DNA of 64,000 nt, from positions 99,076,001 through 99,140,000 of the forward strand of contig OZ024744.1 in NCBI GenBank assembly GCA_964016885.1. Reading direction: 5' to 3'. The stretch is from Eledone cirrhosa. Its lineage: Eukaryota. The notes below the pieces were generated by a model, which worked only from the letters and a program-made list of their open reading frames with translations, had not been told where the DNA came from and ran no database searches. The translations under genes and the position numbers were made by a program. Shown in pieces: positions 31,316-42,447 of this stretch (positions are counted from its first letter, which is position 1; each line of letters starts with the position of its first letter).

Positions 31316-32504
31316 CAATATAAAACGAGGCAATGTAAATACTTGGAAAGTCTCATCAAGAAAAGCAAAAAAAAAAAAATAGACAAATGAATTAGAATAT
31401 GAAATATATAAAAATATTTCAAGAAATATAGTTAGGTGTGTGTATATGTATGTATATACGCTCACAGATGTGCATATATGTGTATGCACAAATGTATACG
31501 TATAGTGAAAAAGTGTGCGTAAATATATATTTTAGGGCAAATGTATCTGTGTGTCTGTAATCTACAGACAGAATAGATACATCATAAGAATATGAAGGCA
31601 CGCGCATAAACACACCTACACACACGTACACTTAGATGCGGAAGTAAAAGAGGTAAGGGAGTGTAATAATTAAAGGAAAGTATCAATCTCGATATATTTA
31701 TAAAAATGGAACAATAATTTAGAAAGAAAAAATTAAAGAAAAGAAGATAAAAAAAGGTACATACATACACACACACGTATATCTCACAAAAGAAACACAA
31801 AAATATACATGCTTATATACACACGCACCCTTACACATCCATACATTCGATACGTACACACACACACACTTACACTCACGCATATTGACCTGTTTGCATG
31901 CACACGCATAAAAATGAGGATGTAAAAAAAGGGAGGAAGAAAAAAGAAACAAAACAAAAAACCTAGATGTAAAAACACGGATGTAAAGACACAGACACAT
32001 ACACATACATATATATATATATGTACACGCACGCGCGCGCACATACGTAGGCGCTCGTGTACATATATAGAAAGTATACACACATTAAGGCGTTCAGACA
32101 CATAGATACAGGGTGTAAAAATATATATATTTGTACATATAAATGCATCCATATATATATATGTGTGTGTATATATATATATATATAAAAGGTAAACAGA
32201 AATAACAACACAATCGGTACAGTACATGGAAGGGATATATTGGGTTAACGCTTGAAATACCAGGAAGAGGGTCTTAACGTTTCGGACGCTAGTCCTTCTT
32301 CGGAAGAAAGAATGAGAAATAAGATAGATTGAAGGGACGGGCGGGATGGAATTGGAAAAAATGTCTTTAGATAAAAATAACAGGTCCATTCTTGTTGACA
32401 GAACAGGATTTCTTCCAAAGAAGTGGGAGAGGAGAAAAGAGGGGGTGGGAATTACATCCAGTACTAGACTGGTATTTTATTTATCTATCAAGCTAAAAAG
32501 GATG

Positions 32505-32544
<40 letters not shown>

Positions 32545-32549
<5 letters not shown>

Positions 32550-32810
32550 CAAAGTTCTTTCGTCACACATTCTGTGTCCTCTTCAGTGACTGGGGATTCT
32601 TTTCTTTGTTTTTTTTGTGCCTCTCCTTTGTTCTGTCCTACGCCATCTTGGCGTAGGACAGAACAAAGGAGAGGCACAAAAGACAAAGAAAAGAATCCCT
32701 AGTCACTGAAGAGTTCACAGAATATGTGACGAAAGAACTTTGACAATATATAAACAACCATCTGGTTGTGGAACCAACCAACCAACCAGAAATTTATAAA
32801 TTCTTAAATA
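32545..32810. mobile_element. Fold-back insert in (TA)n: ~100-bp arms, 3-nt spacer, right-hand tail
   Basis: Centre CTACGCCA-TCT-TGGCGTAG; hammerheads 32548-32590(-) and 32702-32744(+); a one-arm copy lies at 58200-58335. Confidence 0.88.
32702..32744 (+). ncRNA. Minimal type I hammerhead ribozyme
   Basis: GTCA-CTGAAGA-GTTCACA GAATA TGTGAC-GAAAG AA CTT^TGAC; homologues at 58258-58300(+) and 60967-61008(-). Confidence 0.8.
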
Positions 32811-32839
32811 TATATATAATATATATATATATAGTAATA

Positions 32840-33823
32840 ATAAACGTGAAGACAAAAATCCAAAGAGAGCTCGATAAGGATAATATATATATATCAAATA
32901 TATAAAAACTATAGAGCAAATATTTATTAAAATAACAGATTAAAGTTTAAGCAAAGAATCGTTGCTTACACCCTTAATAGGATCTTCTGGAACTAAGAAA
33001 AATCAATGCGTGGATGCAACATCACTGTATCAAATTTAGCCAAATTACCTAGCCGTAGTAAGACTAGCAACCCTGTAGTTAATATTAACTGCAATTGTAG
33101 GAATCAGGAAGACTGTCTTCTATCCGGGAAATGCCTCTCCAGTAATATTGTCTACAAATGTAAGGTTGACACACCCACGTCTAGTAGGGCCTACATAGGG
33201 TTAACCGCCAATAGATTCAAGCAGCGTCTTTACATGCATACCCATTCTTTTCTTAACCCTTTAAGAAGGAACATGACGTCACTTTCAGCTTATATCTGGA
33301 ATCTAAAAGACAATTACACCCAACATAAATTAAACTGGGAGATCCTAGCTAAAAGCTAGATCGTATAACGGAAATAAAAGACCATGCGATCTTTGCGCCG
33401 CTGAAGCCCTGGAAATACTCTACGCCAACGATCACATCTTAGTAAAAAAATCTGAGGCAATTTCGGCTTGTAAACACAAATTGTATAAAATGTTCCTGTA
33501 TTATAGCCCCACATTATACCCTAACGGATAGTACGAACAATACGCGGATAATTTACGTCATGATGAGGTAGCTAAGTATATTTTATGTTTATACCATTAC
33601 TTATTTGTATAGGTAAGTATACCTTACCCATATGTTTGTGGAGGTACGTATATTTTCTTGTACGTATATATGCTTCTATATGTTATAGGTGTATATTATA
33701 TAACGTGTATGTGTGTATATGGTTATGTGTATTTCGTGTTTGTGTGTATATATGTGTGCGTATATGTGTGTATATGTGTATGTCTGTATATATGTATTTG
33801 TGTATATATATGTATATATGTGT

Positions 33824-33869
<46 letters not shown>

Positions 33870-34805
33870 GTGCGTGTGTGTGTGTGTGTGTGGATGTATG
33901 GGAATGCGTGTATTTGTATATGTGTATATATGGGTTTGTATGAATGTGTATGTGTGTTTGCACGTATGTATGTTGTGTATATGTGTACATAGGGTTTTGG
34001 TATATGTGCTTTTGGTGAACATGTGTTTTTACGTGTAGGTATGTGTGTGTGTTATGTGTGTATATTTATATATGTATATATAATTACATGTATACACACA
34101 TATATATATATGTGTGTATTTGGTGTATACGTTCGTATGTGTGCTGGTATATGTGTCTTGCCTGGTTTACGTACGTGTGCGCGTGTTTATGTGTATGTGC
34201 ATGTATATGTACGTATGGCGTACGTTTTTGCGTATGCACGTGTATGCACTATATAGATGTGAGCATGTATATATATAATTGTATAAATCTTAAATATTAT
34301 TACTTTTATGATTTTAATAACCTCTGTCATTTTCGTTCAACAAATTTATTTTCATTATTCTTAACTCTGAAGCTGAGAATCATTCGGTTACCTAAATGGA
34401 ATATTGGTCTAATTAATGACTCCATTTATACCATAAACGTGGTTTTGTCTTTACCTGTAATTGTTCTCAGCGCTCAACATAACGGCGTATTATCTTCGCG
34501 AACCAAAGTATCGTCTTCCTGTTTTCCTTCGATTGCAAGGTTTTTCGAAATATTTATTTCTGCGTCCACAGATTGATTTTTTTTAGTTTCAGAAGATCCC
34601 GTTAAGAGTGAAAGCAACAATTCTTTGCTTAAACTTTAATCTGTTATTTTAATAAATATACCCTTAACGGGATCTTCTGAAAACTGAGTTTCAGAAGATC
34701 CCATTAAGGGTGAAAGCAGAGATTTTTGCTTAAACTTTAATCTATTCTTATAGTAAATATTCGCTCTATGGGTTTATATATATATATATATATATAACTC
34801 TTATC
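32840..34805 (+). mobile_element. 5'-truncated Penelope-like element: inverted pLTR, GIY-YIG relic, microsatellite-filled 3' UTR, family-B pLTRs
   Basis: Inverted pLTR 32845-33005; endonuclease fragment; pLTR/hammerhead at 34585-34635 and 34687-34736. Confidence 0.75.
33006..33520 (+). pseudogene. PLE GIY-YIG endonuclease fragment
   Basis: CNCRNQEDCLLSGKCL..IVY...YIGLT..FKQR..LSAYIWNLK; after a break it continues SYNG..CDLC..E..SE..ACKH. Confidence 0.82.
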
Positions 34806-34819
34806 GTGACACCTACACA

Positions 34820-35215
34820 ACCACTTTAGTATGGACTGAATGTTCTGTGGTACCAATATAACTTTACAGAGAAAGGGTGGTGTGGGTGGAAGTGGGAGGT
34901 TGGAGTAGGGTTGGGTGTACGTTTGGTTAAGATTGTTGGGTGAAGAAGTACAAGGATTTCCCAGCGGAAAGAAACTGCCAGAGGAAAAGACCAAGGAAGA
35001 CCTGGGCAGAAGTGGTGAGAACTGATCTCAAAACACACAAGTTTACAAAGGAGATAATTGTTTCTACTTTTGGCACAAGGCCAGAAATTATCCCAGTACA
35101 TTACTGGTACTTTATTTTACAAAGGAGATAATGAAGGACCACAATGTGCAGCTGTTCTGGAAGAAAAAAAACCTGTCCAACTCATGCAAGTGTGATAAAA
35201 ACATGCATAAAAATG
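34820..35215 (+). mobile_element. Degenerate RTE-type LINE 3' end leading into a (GAT)n tail, with an antisense SINE fragment at ~35055-35135
   Basis: RKRPRKTWAEVVRTDL C-terminal motif; AACTCATGCAAG...AAAATGATG junction. Confidence 0.55.
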
Positions 35216-35488
35216 ATGGTGGTGATGACGATGATGATGATGATGATGGTGATGATGGTGGTGGAGGGGCCTGTGTTGGAGGTGGTGGTGGTGGTGGGGA
35301 GGGGATTATGATAGTGGTGGTGATGATAATCTTGATGATGATGATGGTGGTGGTGACGATGATGATGATGATGGTGGTGGTGATGATGGTGATGGTGATG
35401 GTGCTGATGGATAGTAATGATGATGATGATGTTAGTAATGATGGTAATGATGATGATGATGATGGTGAAGAAGAAGAAGAAAAAGAAG

Positions 35489-35535
<47 letters not shown>

Positions 35536-35639
35536 AAGGAAGATGATGGTGGTGATGATGGTGATTGTGATGATGATGGTGATGGATAGTAATGATGATG
35601 ATAAAGATGATGCTGATAATGATGTTAGTGATGATGATA

Positions 35640-35690
<51 letters not shown>

Positions 35691-35775
35691 CTTATGCTGA
35701 TGCTGATAATGATGTCAGTTATGATGATGATGGAAAAGAAAATGATGATGATAGTGATGATGAAGAAGATAATGA

Positions 35776-35779
<4 letters not shown>
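35213..35779. repeat. Compound (GAT)n/(GGT)n tract
   Basis: Direct periodicity. Confidence 0.93.
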
Positions 35780-35822
<43 letters not shown>

Positions 35823-35860
35823 ATATTAATAAATGGAAACTATATTTATAAAACCATAAT

Positions 35861-35922
35861 TATTTTATTATATTTCAAGGGCGACCAAGGTAAATTATGG
35901 TTCACTTTCATCAGATAAAATA
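35861..35922 (-). ncRNA. Type I hammerhead, TATTTTAT-stem family
   Basis: TATTTTAT-CTGATGA-AAG..CTT-GAAATATA^ATAAAATA; homologous to 57753, 57973, 58636 and 59408. Confidence 0.78.
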
Positions 35923-36008
35923 CAGATTTGTTTTATAAATAAATATTGACATACCCGGAAAAAGACAACCTCAACGGTTGAAATTTGCTGTATAGACATA
36001 TACACACA

Positions 36009-36093
<85 letters not shown>

Positions 36094-36097
<4 letters not shown>

Positions 36098-36517
36098 GGA
36101 AGTTATAGTTCACTTGAAGCATTGTGTAATGAGGTATAAACGTTTGTATATGTATAATAAAGCCAAAACAATGCAGGTATGGACATAGAATAAAGAATGC
36201 AAATGCAAAAGATATTGTTGACAATTAGTTTTTTACCTTAGATTTATTTAAACGTCCTTAATTTTCGAGATAATATCTCTTCTTCGGAGGGAAGTAAAGC
36301 GGTTAAACCAGTGTTCTAAATAGCTTGCCAAGTCATACTGACAGGAAATGGTTTAACCGCTTTACTTCCCTCCGAAGAAGAGATATTATCTCGAAAATTA
36401 AGGACATTTAAATAAATCTAAGGTAAAAGATTAATTGTCAACAATATCTTTTGCATTTGCATTCTTTATTCTATGTCCATACCTGCATTGTTTTGGCTTT
36501 ATTATACATATACAAAC

Positions 36518-36523
<6 letters not shown>
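36094..36523. mobile_element. Fold-back insert in (TA)n (family A): ~175-bp arms, 38-bp spacer, 40-nt tail on the left, U4C hammerheads
   Basis: CCT-CCGAAGA-A GAGAT ATT ATCTC-GAAAATTA^AGG at 36369-36403(+), mirrored at 36256-36290(-). Confidence 0.87.
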
Positions 36524-36602
<79 letters not shown>

Positions 36603-36608
<6 letters not shown>

Positions 36609-37028
36609 TAAACGGAATAGAAAATGCTGACAAATTGTTCACGGTTGAAAAATGGTTTAATTAGGAATAAAAGAATATAGTATTAGTGATTGTATGGGTT
36701 AGTATTCAGTTGTGGTTTTAAGTTTTTAAGTTTTTACCGGTTGCGCATTTCTAAATGCTTTTCAAAAATAATTTTCAGATAGAGTGTCCGTGCTGTTTGC
36801 TCTGATCTGATTATTTAATTATTTAATTATTTTTGAAAAGCATTTAGAAATGCGCAACCGGTAAAAACTTAAAAACTTAAAACCACAACTGAATACTAAC
36901 CCATACAATCACTAATACTCTTTTATTCCTAATTAAACCATTTTTCAACTGTAAACAATTTGTCAGCATTTTCTATTCCGTTTACCAATATATAATAACT
37001 TGTGTGTTACACCTCTATTCTTTTAACT
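36603..37028. mobile_element. Fold-back insert in (TA)n: ~170-bp arms, ~50-bp spacer, right-hand tail
   Basis: ATTGGTAAACGGAATAG... is mirrored by ...CTATTCCGTTTACCAAT; only degenerate hammerhead-like cores. Confidence 0.8.
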
Positions 37029-37060
<32 letters not shown>

Positions 37061-37097
37061 CATATATATATGTATATGCATATATATATATATATAT

Positions 37098-37239
37098 ATA
37101 GAAGAGCTTCTACAGGACTAGAACTGTTGAATGAAACAGTTCCAGTCTTGTAGAAGCTCTTCTATATTAAAACTTTTATACTCTGCTATGTTTTGAGTAA
37201 CTTACTTACTGTGGTTACCTCCGACTCAACCCGGAATAA

Positions 37240-37241
<2 letters not shown>
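37098..37241. mobile_element. Short fold-back insert (~31-bp arms) with right-hand tail, in (TA)n
   Basis: ATAGAAGAGCTTCTACAGGACTAGAACTGTT / AACAGTTCCAGTCTTGTAGAAGCTCTTCTAT. Confidence 0.75.
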
Positions 37242-37322
<81 letters not shown>

Positions 37323-37793
37323 ACACACACATACATATAAATCAGGGCCGAAGGGCCCATGTATGCGTTATAGTATCTTGAGTTGATCAGTTGCGTCGGT
37401 TGAAGCAAGCAGAATTTTGGCTGCTTACTAAATCGTAGACACATAAAAAAGATAACACACACACACACACACATACACACACTAGATAACACTACATGCG
37501 GCTTTGACCGGGAGGGTCATTTGGAGGGAATTGGGGCGGGGGGGGGAGGCTGCACAGCCCCACTTTCCCCCATGGCGATTGGACTCCATGCCCTGCTTTC
37601 CAGGTTACCCTTCGCCACTGATATATATATATATATGTATATACATCTTATTCATTGAAATCTCATGTTTCCCACTTCTGCCGCCTTAGTAGCTCCTTGT
37701 TTTATATAGTTATTATCCTCATCCGCTCAACTATTTTCTTCTCTATGCTATCTTGTAAATTCCTGGTTTTGCATTGTTCATGCTTTATCTATA

Positions 37794-37829
<36 letters not shown>

Positions 37830-37830
<1 letters not shown>

Positions 37831-37967
37831 GTTAAGCGGTTACGATCTGAGTTCAAATCCCGCCGAGGTTGACTTTGCCTTTCATCCTTACGGGGTCGAT
37901 AAAATAAAGTACCAGTAATGCACTGGGTATTGCTGGCCATGTGCCTAAAGTAGAAACAATAATTATT
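37830..37967 (+). mobile_element. tRNA-derived SINE fragment in (ATT)n
   Basis: B-box GAGTTCAAATCC; central TTTCATCCTTACGGGGTCGATAAAATAAAGTACCAG; tail GGCCATGTGCCTAAAGTAGAAACAATAATT. Other fragments at ~19447, 35055 and 51600. Confidence 0.7.
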
Positions 37968-40834
37968 CTAGTTAAGCGGGCGTTGACGGGGGCCATCATC
38001 AACAACAAATGGTGGTTTGCTCTGAAAAGAGCAATTAAAATAGAGTCCATTAGGTTTAGTAAGGCTTTAGCAACAGAGAAAAATAGAGCAGAGGGAGAAC
38101 TAGTTAAAAAATTAGAGGAGGCGCTTAGCAAAGGCAAAGCGACCGACGTACTTGCGGTGAAATTGGCCCTCGACCAATTCTTCAATGCAAAGCACGAAGG
38201 CTGCGTTGTCAGAGCTAGGGTGCGTGCTCTCAGACACGAGGGGACGAAAGCCATTCAATGGGCCCGAGTGGTGGAGGCGCGTCGTGGCAACAAAGCCACG
38301 ATCCGGTCTTTGGTGGACCACGACGGGCGCATGCTACTCGATCCCGGGGAAATTTGTGATGCTTTTCATCGGCACTTCGCTCAGCTGTTCAGGGGCAGCG
38401 GCGGGCCGGGTCGAGGGATGGACTTTAGTGTCTACCTCGACGGACTGCCGCGGCTCTCGGCCACTGAGGCGGAATGTTGCGAAAGGCCGATGACAGCCGC
38501 TGAAGTACGGGAGGCAATGACTGGCTGCACAAGGGGTAAATCGCCTGGTTTGGGTGGTCTGCCCTACGAACTTTACGTACACATGCCAGACTTGTTCGGA
38601 GACCTCTTGGCGGACGTCTACTGCAACTGGCAACAGAACGGGAGAATTCCCAGCTCTGTGAGCCGAGGAGCGGTGGCACTGCTGAGAAAGGATCCGAACA
38701 AGAGGGATAACATAGATAATTTCAGGCCCATAACTCTGCGAAACACAGAGTTCAAGATTTTGGCCAAGGTGCTAGCAAAAAGGTTGGCGCTTGTCGTTGG
38801 TGCTCTGCTGGGAGAGGCGCAGACATGCGCCATTCCCGACAGATCCACCCACGACAACCTCCACCTCATGCGATACATCGTAGAGAGGGTAGCTAGGGAA
38901 CCTGGCACGGGTGGGTCCTTGATCAATTTAGATCAGTCGAAATCTTTCGATAGGGTCAACCATCGTTACCTAGCGGCAGTCCTGAGGGCGGCTGGCTTTG
39001 GGCCCGTCTTCAGAGGCTGGATCGCTGCTATGCACAGCGACATCTGCTCTGTGGTGAGAGTGAACGGTCACTTTTCGGAACCGTTCAACATCATGCGCTC
39101 GGTCCGCCAAAGATGTCCCCTCTCGTCCCTCTTGTACGTATTGACTCTCGAGCCATTACTGCACAAACTGGAGACGTTGAGGGGCGTCCCGCGCGAACTA
39201 GGATGCGGAAGATCCGTGTCAGCATATGCGACGATGTCACCGTAGTGGTGTCGAACGCCAAACACATCGAGGCGATCGGCACTACACTAAGAGAATACGA
39301 AGCGGTGACAGGAGCAGTGATCAACCAGGAAAAGTCAGTGGGCCTGCAGCTCGGCACCTGGAGAGGCAGGTCCATGTCGTTCAACAGCGTCGTCGGGCGC
39401 TGGACGGATGGACCGGTTAAATTGCTAGGGGTCTGGTTCGGTCCGGACCTCCAGACGGACAAAAACTGGGACGAGGTGACGAGCAGGATGGCTTCTCTCA
39501 CCCAGAAATGGGCGGAGAGGAAGCTATCCCTGAAAGGTCGAGCGGAGGTGGCGAATGCGTACATCGCATCCGTCATCTACTACCGCCTGACCGTCGTACC
39601 TTGTCCTAAGCCCCGCCTGATTGCGCTGGAGCGTTTGCTCTTTCGCTTTTTGTGGAAGGGACGCGCTCCGATGGTCAGGCGGTCCATCTGCTGTCAACAC
39701 CCGCTACGTGGAGGGCTGGGCATGCCGTGGCTGATGATGCGTAGACACGCGCTCAGGCTACGACATCTCCACCTCTTCCTCGACGGTGATCAGGTGTGGT
39801 CGCCGTTTGCTAGACGCGTCTTTCCCAAGCTTGTCTCCTTGACGGAGCTGCAGTCCTGGGTCAAGCGAAGACCGAGAGGGAGCGCTTGGAGACTGGAATG
39901 TTTTCAGGCGCTCACAGCCCTCGACCAATCGGGCAATGTGATCGGTGGAAACTCCACCTCGGCGTTCTATAGAGGATTAGTGGAGGGGAAGAGCGACGAC
40001 GTACTTGGGGAAACTCTAGGCGTCGACAAAAATCAACTAGCCAATCTCTTCGGAAGAACTTTCGGGCCGGGGCCTATGGACAACTTCCAGAAATCCCTGG
40101 CCTGGCAGTGCTACCGAGGAGCTTTGCCAGTTCGGGATAAACTCTACAGGCATGGAGGTGCCGTCAGCCGGGCATGTCCGAGATGCGCGCAGAGCGACGA
40201 AACTGTCCTGCACGCACTCGTCCAATGTCCGAGCATTGCTTACTTGTGGGTTTATGTCGAACACCTGCTGTCGCGTGTAGGACGGATCCGGCTATCAGCT
40301 GACTCCATCGTGAGGATTGCCCCGCTCTCTTCCTTTAGCCGGGAAGAGCAGGCAGTTTTTATCTGTCTGGTGGCCATGGCGAAAGAGATATTATGGTGGA
40401 CACGTTTGAAAGGGCTGAAGCCGAGCACTTACCTCTTCGGTGATGCCCTGATTAACTTTTTCAAATTTCATTTGAAAAGGAAAATCAGGGTAGAGAGGGA
40501 AGTGCTCTCTTCCCAGCATTTTGTTGAAAGATGGGTGAGAGAAGCAAGACTGGCCCGAGTGAATGGCCTACTCTGAGTATGTGTCTGTAAATTAAAGGTG
40601 GAAAACTGGGAGAGGGCACTTGCCCTTGTGGTCAGGGTCACTGTGGCCTTTTAATGGGCTTTCTCCACAAATGTCCCTCGGAAGTCTCCTCCCTATTGGG
40701 GAATTTTTCTTTGTTATTTTATTTCATCCTCTGTTTTTTTTTACACGCAGAAATGCCCATTTGTACCGTCCTGTATTGTCCTGTACTGTCCTTAATGTCT
40801 ACTTTATGTAAACCCTTGTGGTTAATAAAGAAAA

Positions 40835-40835
<1 letters not shown>
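37968..40835 (+). mobile_element. 5'-truncated Tx1/L1-clade LINE copy 1 with frameshifted RT
   Basis: KSPG.GG, FRPITL and DQSKSFDRV motifs; 1-bp deletion in YADD (~39228); CPRC..HALVQC knuckle; ends AATAAAGAAAAC(ATT)n. Confidence 0.92.
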
Positions 40836-40890
<55 letters not shown>

Positions 40891-40891
<1 letters not shown>

Positions 40892-41250
40892 AGCTGCATT
40901 TATCTTGCTTTATGTTCATACGAGTTATCACCAAGTCACAACCAGTGACCTCAAGAGACAACAAGGTCCGCCATGTTCAAGAAAGAACATACATACTCAC
41001 ACATGCATCTTTAGGTGTTTAGAATTGTGATGTACTTATATTGACAGAATCTTCCTTAGTATATGGGCAGTTCCCATTAGTACTATCTTTTGTATTTCTC
41101 CTATACGCAGGTTTCCTGGGATTTGCGATAAGTAATCATTAGACCTCTTAGGTATCATTCCTAGAGCGCCTACAACCACTGGTATTGTTTTAGTTCTCAA
41201 TTTCCACATTTTTCCAATTTCTATTTCCAGGTCCTTATACTTGCTCAATT
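40891..41250 (-). mobile_element. 3' fragment of an R4/Dong-like REL non-LTR retrotransposon in (TAA)n
   Basis: KLSKYKDLEIEI..MW..IPVVVGALG..IQKIVLMGTAHILRK; (ATT)n on both sides. Confidence 0.8.
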
Positions 41251-41269
41251 TTATTATTATTATTATTAT

Positions 41270-41959
41270 AGCGACGAAACCGTTGTGCACGCACTCGTTC
41301 AGTGCCCGAGCATTGCTGACTTGTGGAGCTATGTCGAACAGTTGCTGTCACGTGTGGGACTGATCCGGTTGTCGACCGAGTCCATTGTGCAGATGGTCTC
41401 GCCGTCTTCCTTTGAGGAAGAAGGGCAGGCGGTTTTCATCTGCCTGGTGGCCATGGCGAAAGAGATTGTGTGGTGGACAAGGTTAAAAAGATTAAAGACA
41501 AACACTTTCCTCTTCGGCGAATCCCTGATTAACTTTTTCAAGTTTCACTTGAAGAGGAAAATCAGGGTGGAGAGGCAAGTGCTGCCTTCTAGCAAGTTTG
41601 TTGAAAGGTGGGTGAATGTAGCGAGAATGGTCCGAGAGAACGGGACCACTCTGAATATACGTCTGTAGTTTGAGAAATGGTAAAATTGAGAGAGGGCGCT
41701 TGCCCTGGTGGTCAGGGTGGCCGTGGTCTTTTGTGCGGTTTTCGCCACGAGTAACCCTCGGAGGTTTCCCCCCTATTGGGGAATTTTTCATTGTTTCAAT
41801 TTTCATTTTATTGTTTATATATATATATATATGTTTTATGTCTTTTTTCTTTTCTTATATAAACAATAAAAATATTTACACGCACAAAACCCACATCGTA
41901 CCGTCCTGTTCCGTCTGTGATGTTTTTCTTGATGTCAGCCCTTGTGGCCAATAAAGAAA

Positions 41960-41961
<2 letters not shown>
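41270..41961 (+). mobile_element. Short 3' fragment of a Tx1-like LINE (related subfamily), copy 2
   Basis: HALVQCPSIADLW...FHLKRKIRVE; ends AATAAAGAAATC(ATT)n; (ATT)n on the 5' side. Confidence 0.9.
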
Positions 41962-41991
<30 letters not shown>

Positions 41992-41997
41992 GTTATT

Positions 41998-42377
41998 ACT
42001 CTTTGAGTCTCAGTCATTGATGTTAGTTAACTGGAAAGTTTGTTGAAATGAATATCAAGCCACTACCTGCAGCCTCAGATATTCAGGACTTATCGGAGGG
42101 TTCTTGCTGTTCCCAGCAAGCATGCCTTTTGAAGCGTTCCAAAAAGCGTGAAGGGGCCAATTTTCTTTAACCATCCCTGGAAACTTTTTGAGATAGTCCC
42201 TAGTGCGCCTATGACAATCGGGATCACTTTGACTTCATGGCAGTTCCAAATCCTTTTTACCTCCCACTTTAAGTCCTGGTATCGGTTAATTTTCTCCCTC
42301 TCCTTCTCTTGCACTCTCGTGTCGAATGGGCAGGCCACATCCACAATCAGGCACGATCTTTTTTCTTTGTCCACAAC
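41998..42377 (-). mobile_element. 3' fragment of a second R4/Dong-like REL element in (TAA)n
   Basis: CLIVDVACPFD..EKEREKINRYQDL..IPIVIGALG..LQKACLLGTARTLR. Confidence 0.8.

Positions 42378-42447
<70 letters not shown>

Larger units (their letters stand above)
30690..32507. mobile_element. Convergent inverted repeat (~30690-31130 and ~32120-32507), each arm with a hammerhead
   Basis: Arms are reverse complements with scattered differences; hammerheads at 30890(+) and 32272-32307(-). Confidence 0.85.

Noticed and set aside
35131-35918. Poly-Asp/poly-Met ORFs
   Set aside because: Translations of the (GAT)n tract.
37829-37979. 11-bp direct repeat TAGTTAAGCGG flanking the SINE as a target-site duplication
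   Set aside because: The second copy is LINE-internal sequence (also at ~45447) and the first may be SINE-internal, so it cannot be called a TSD.
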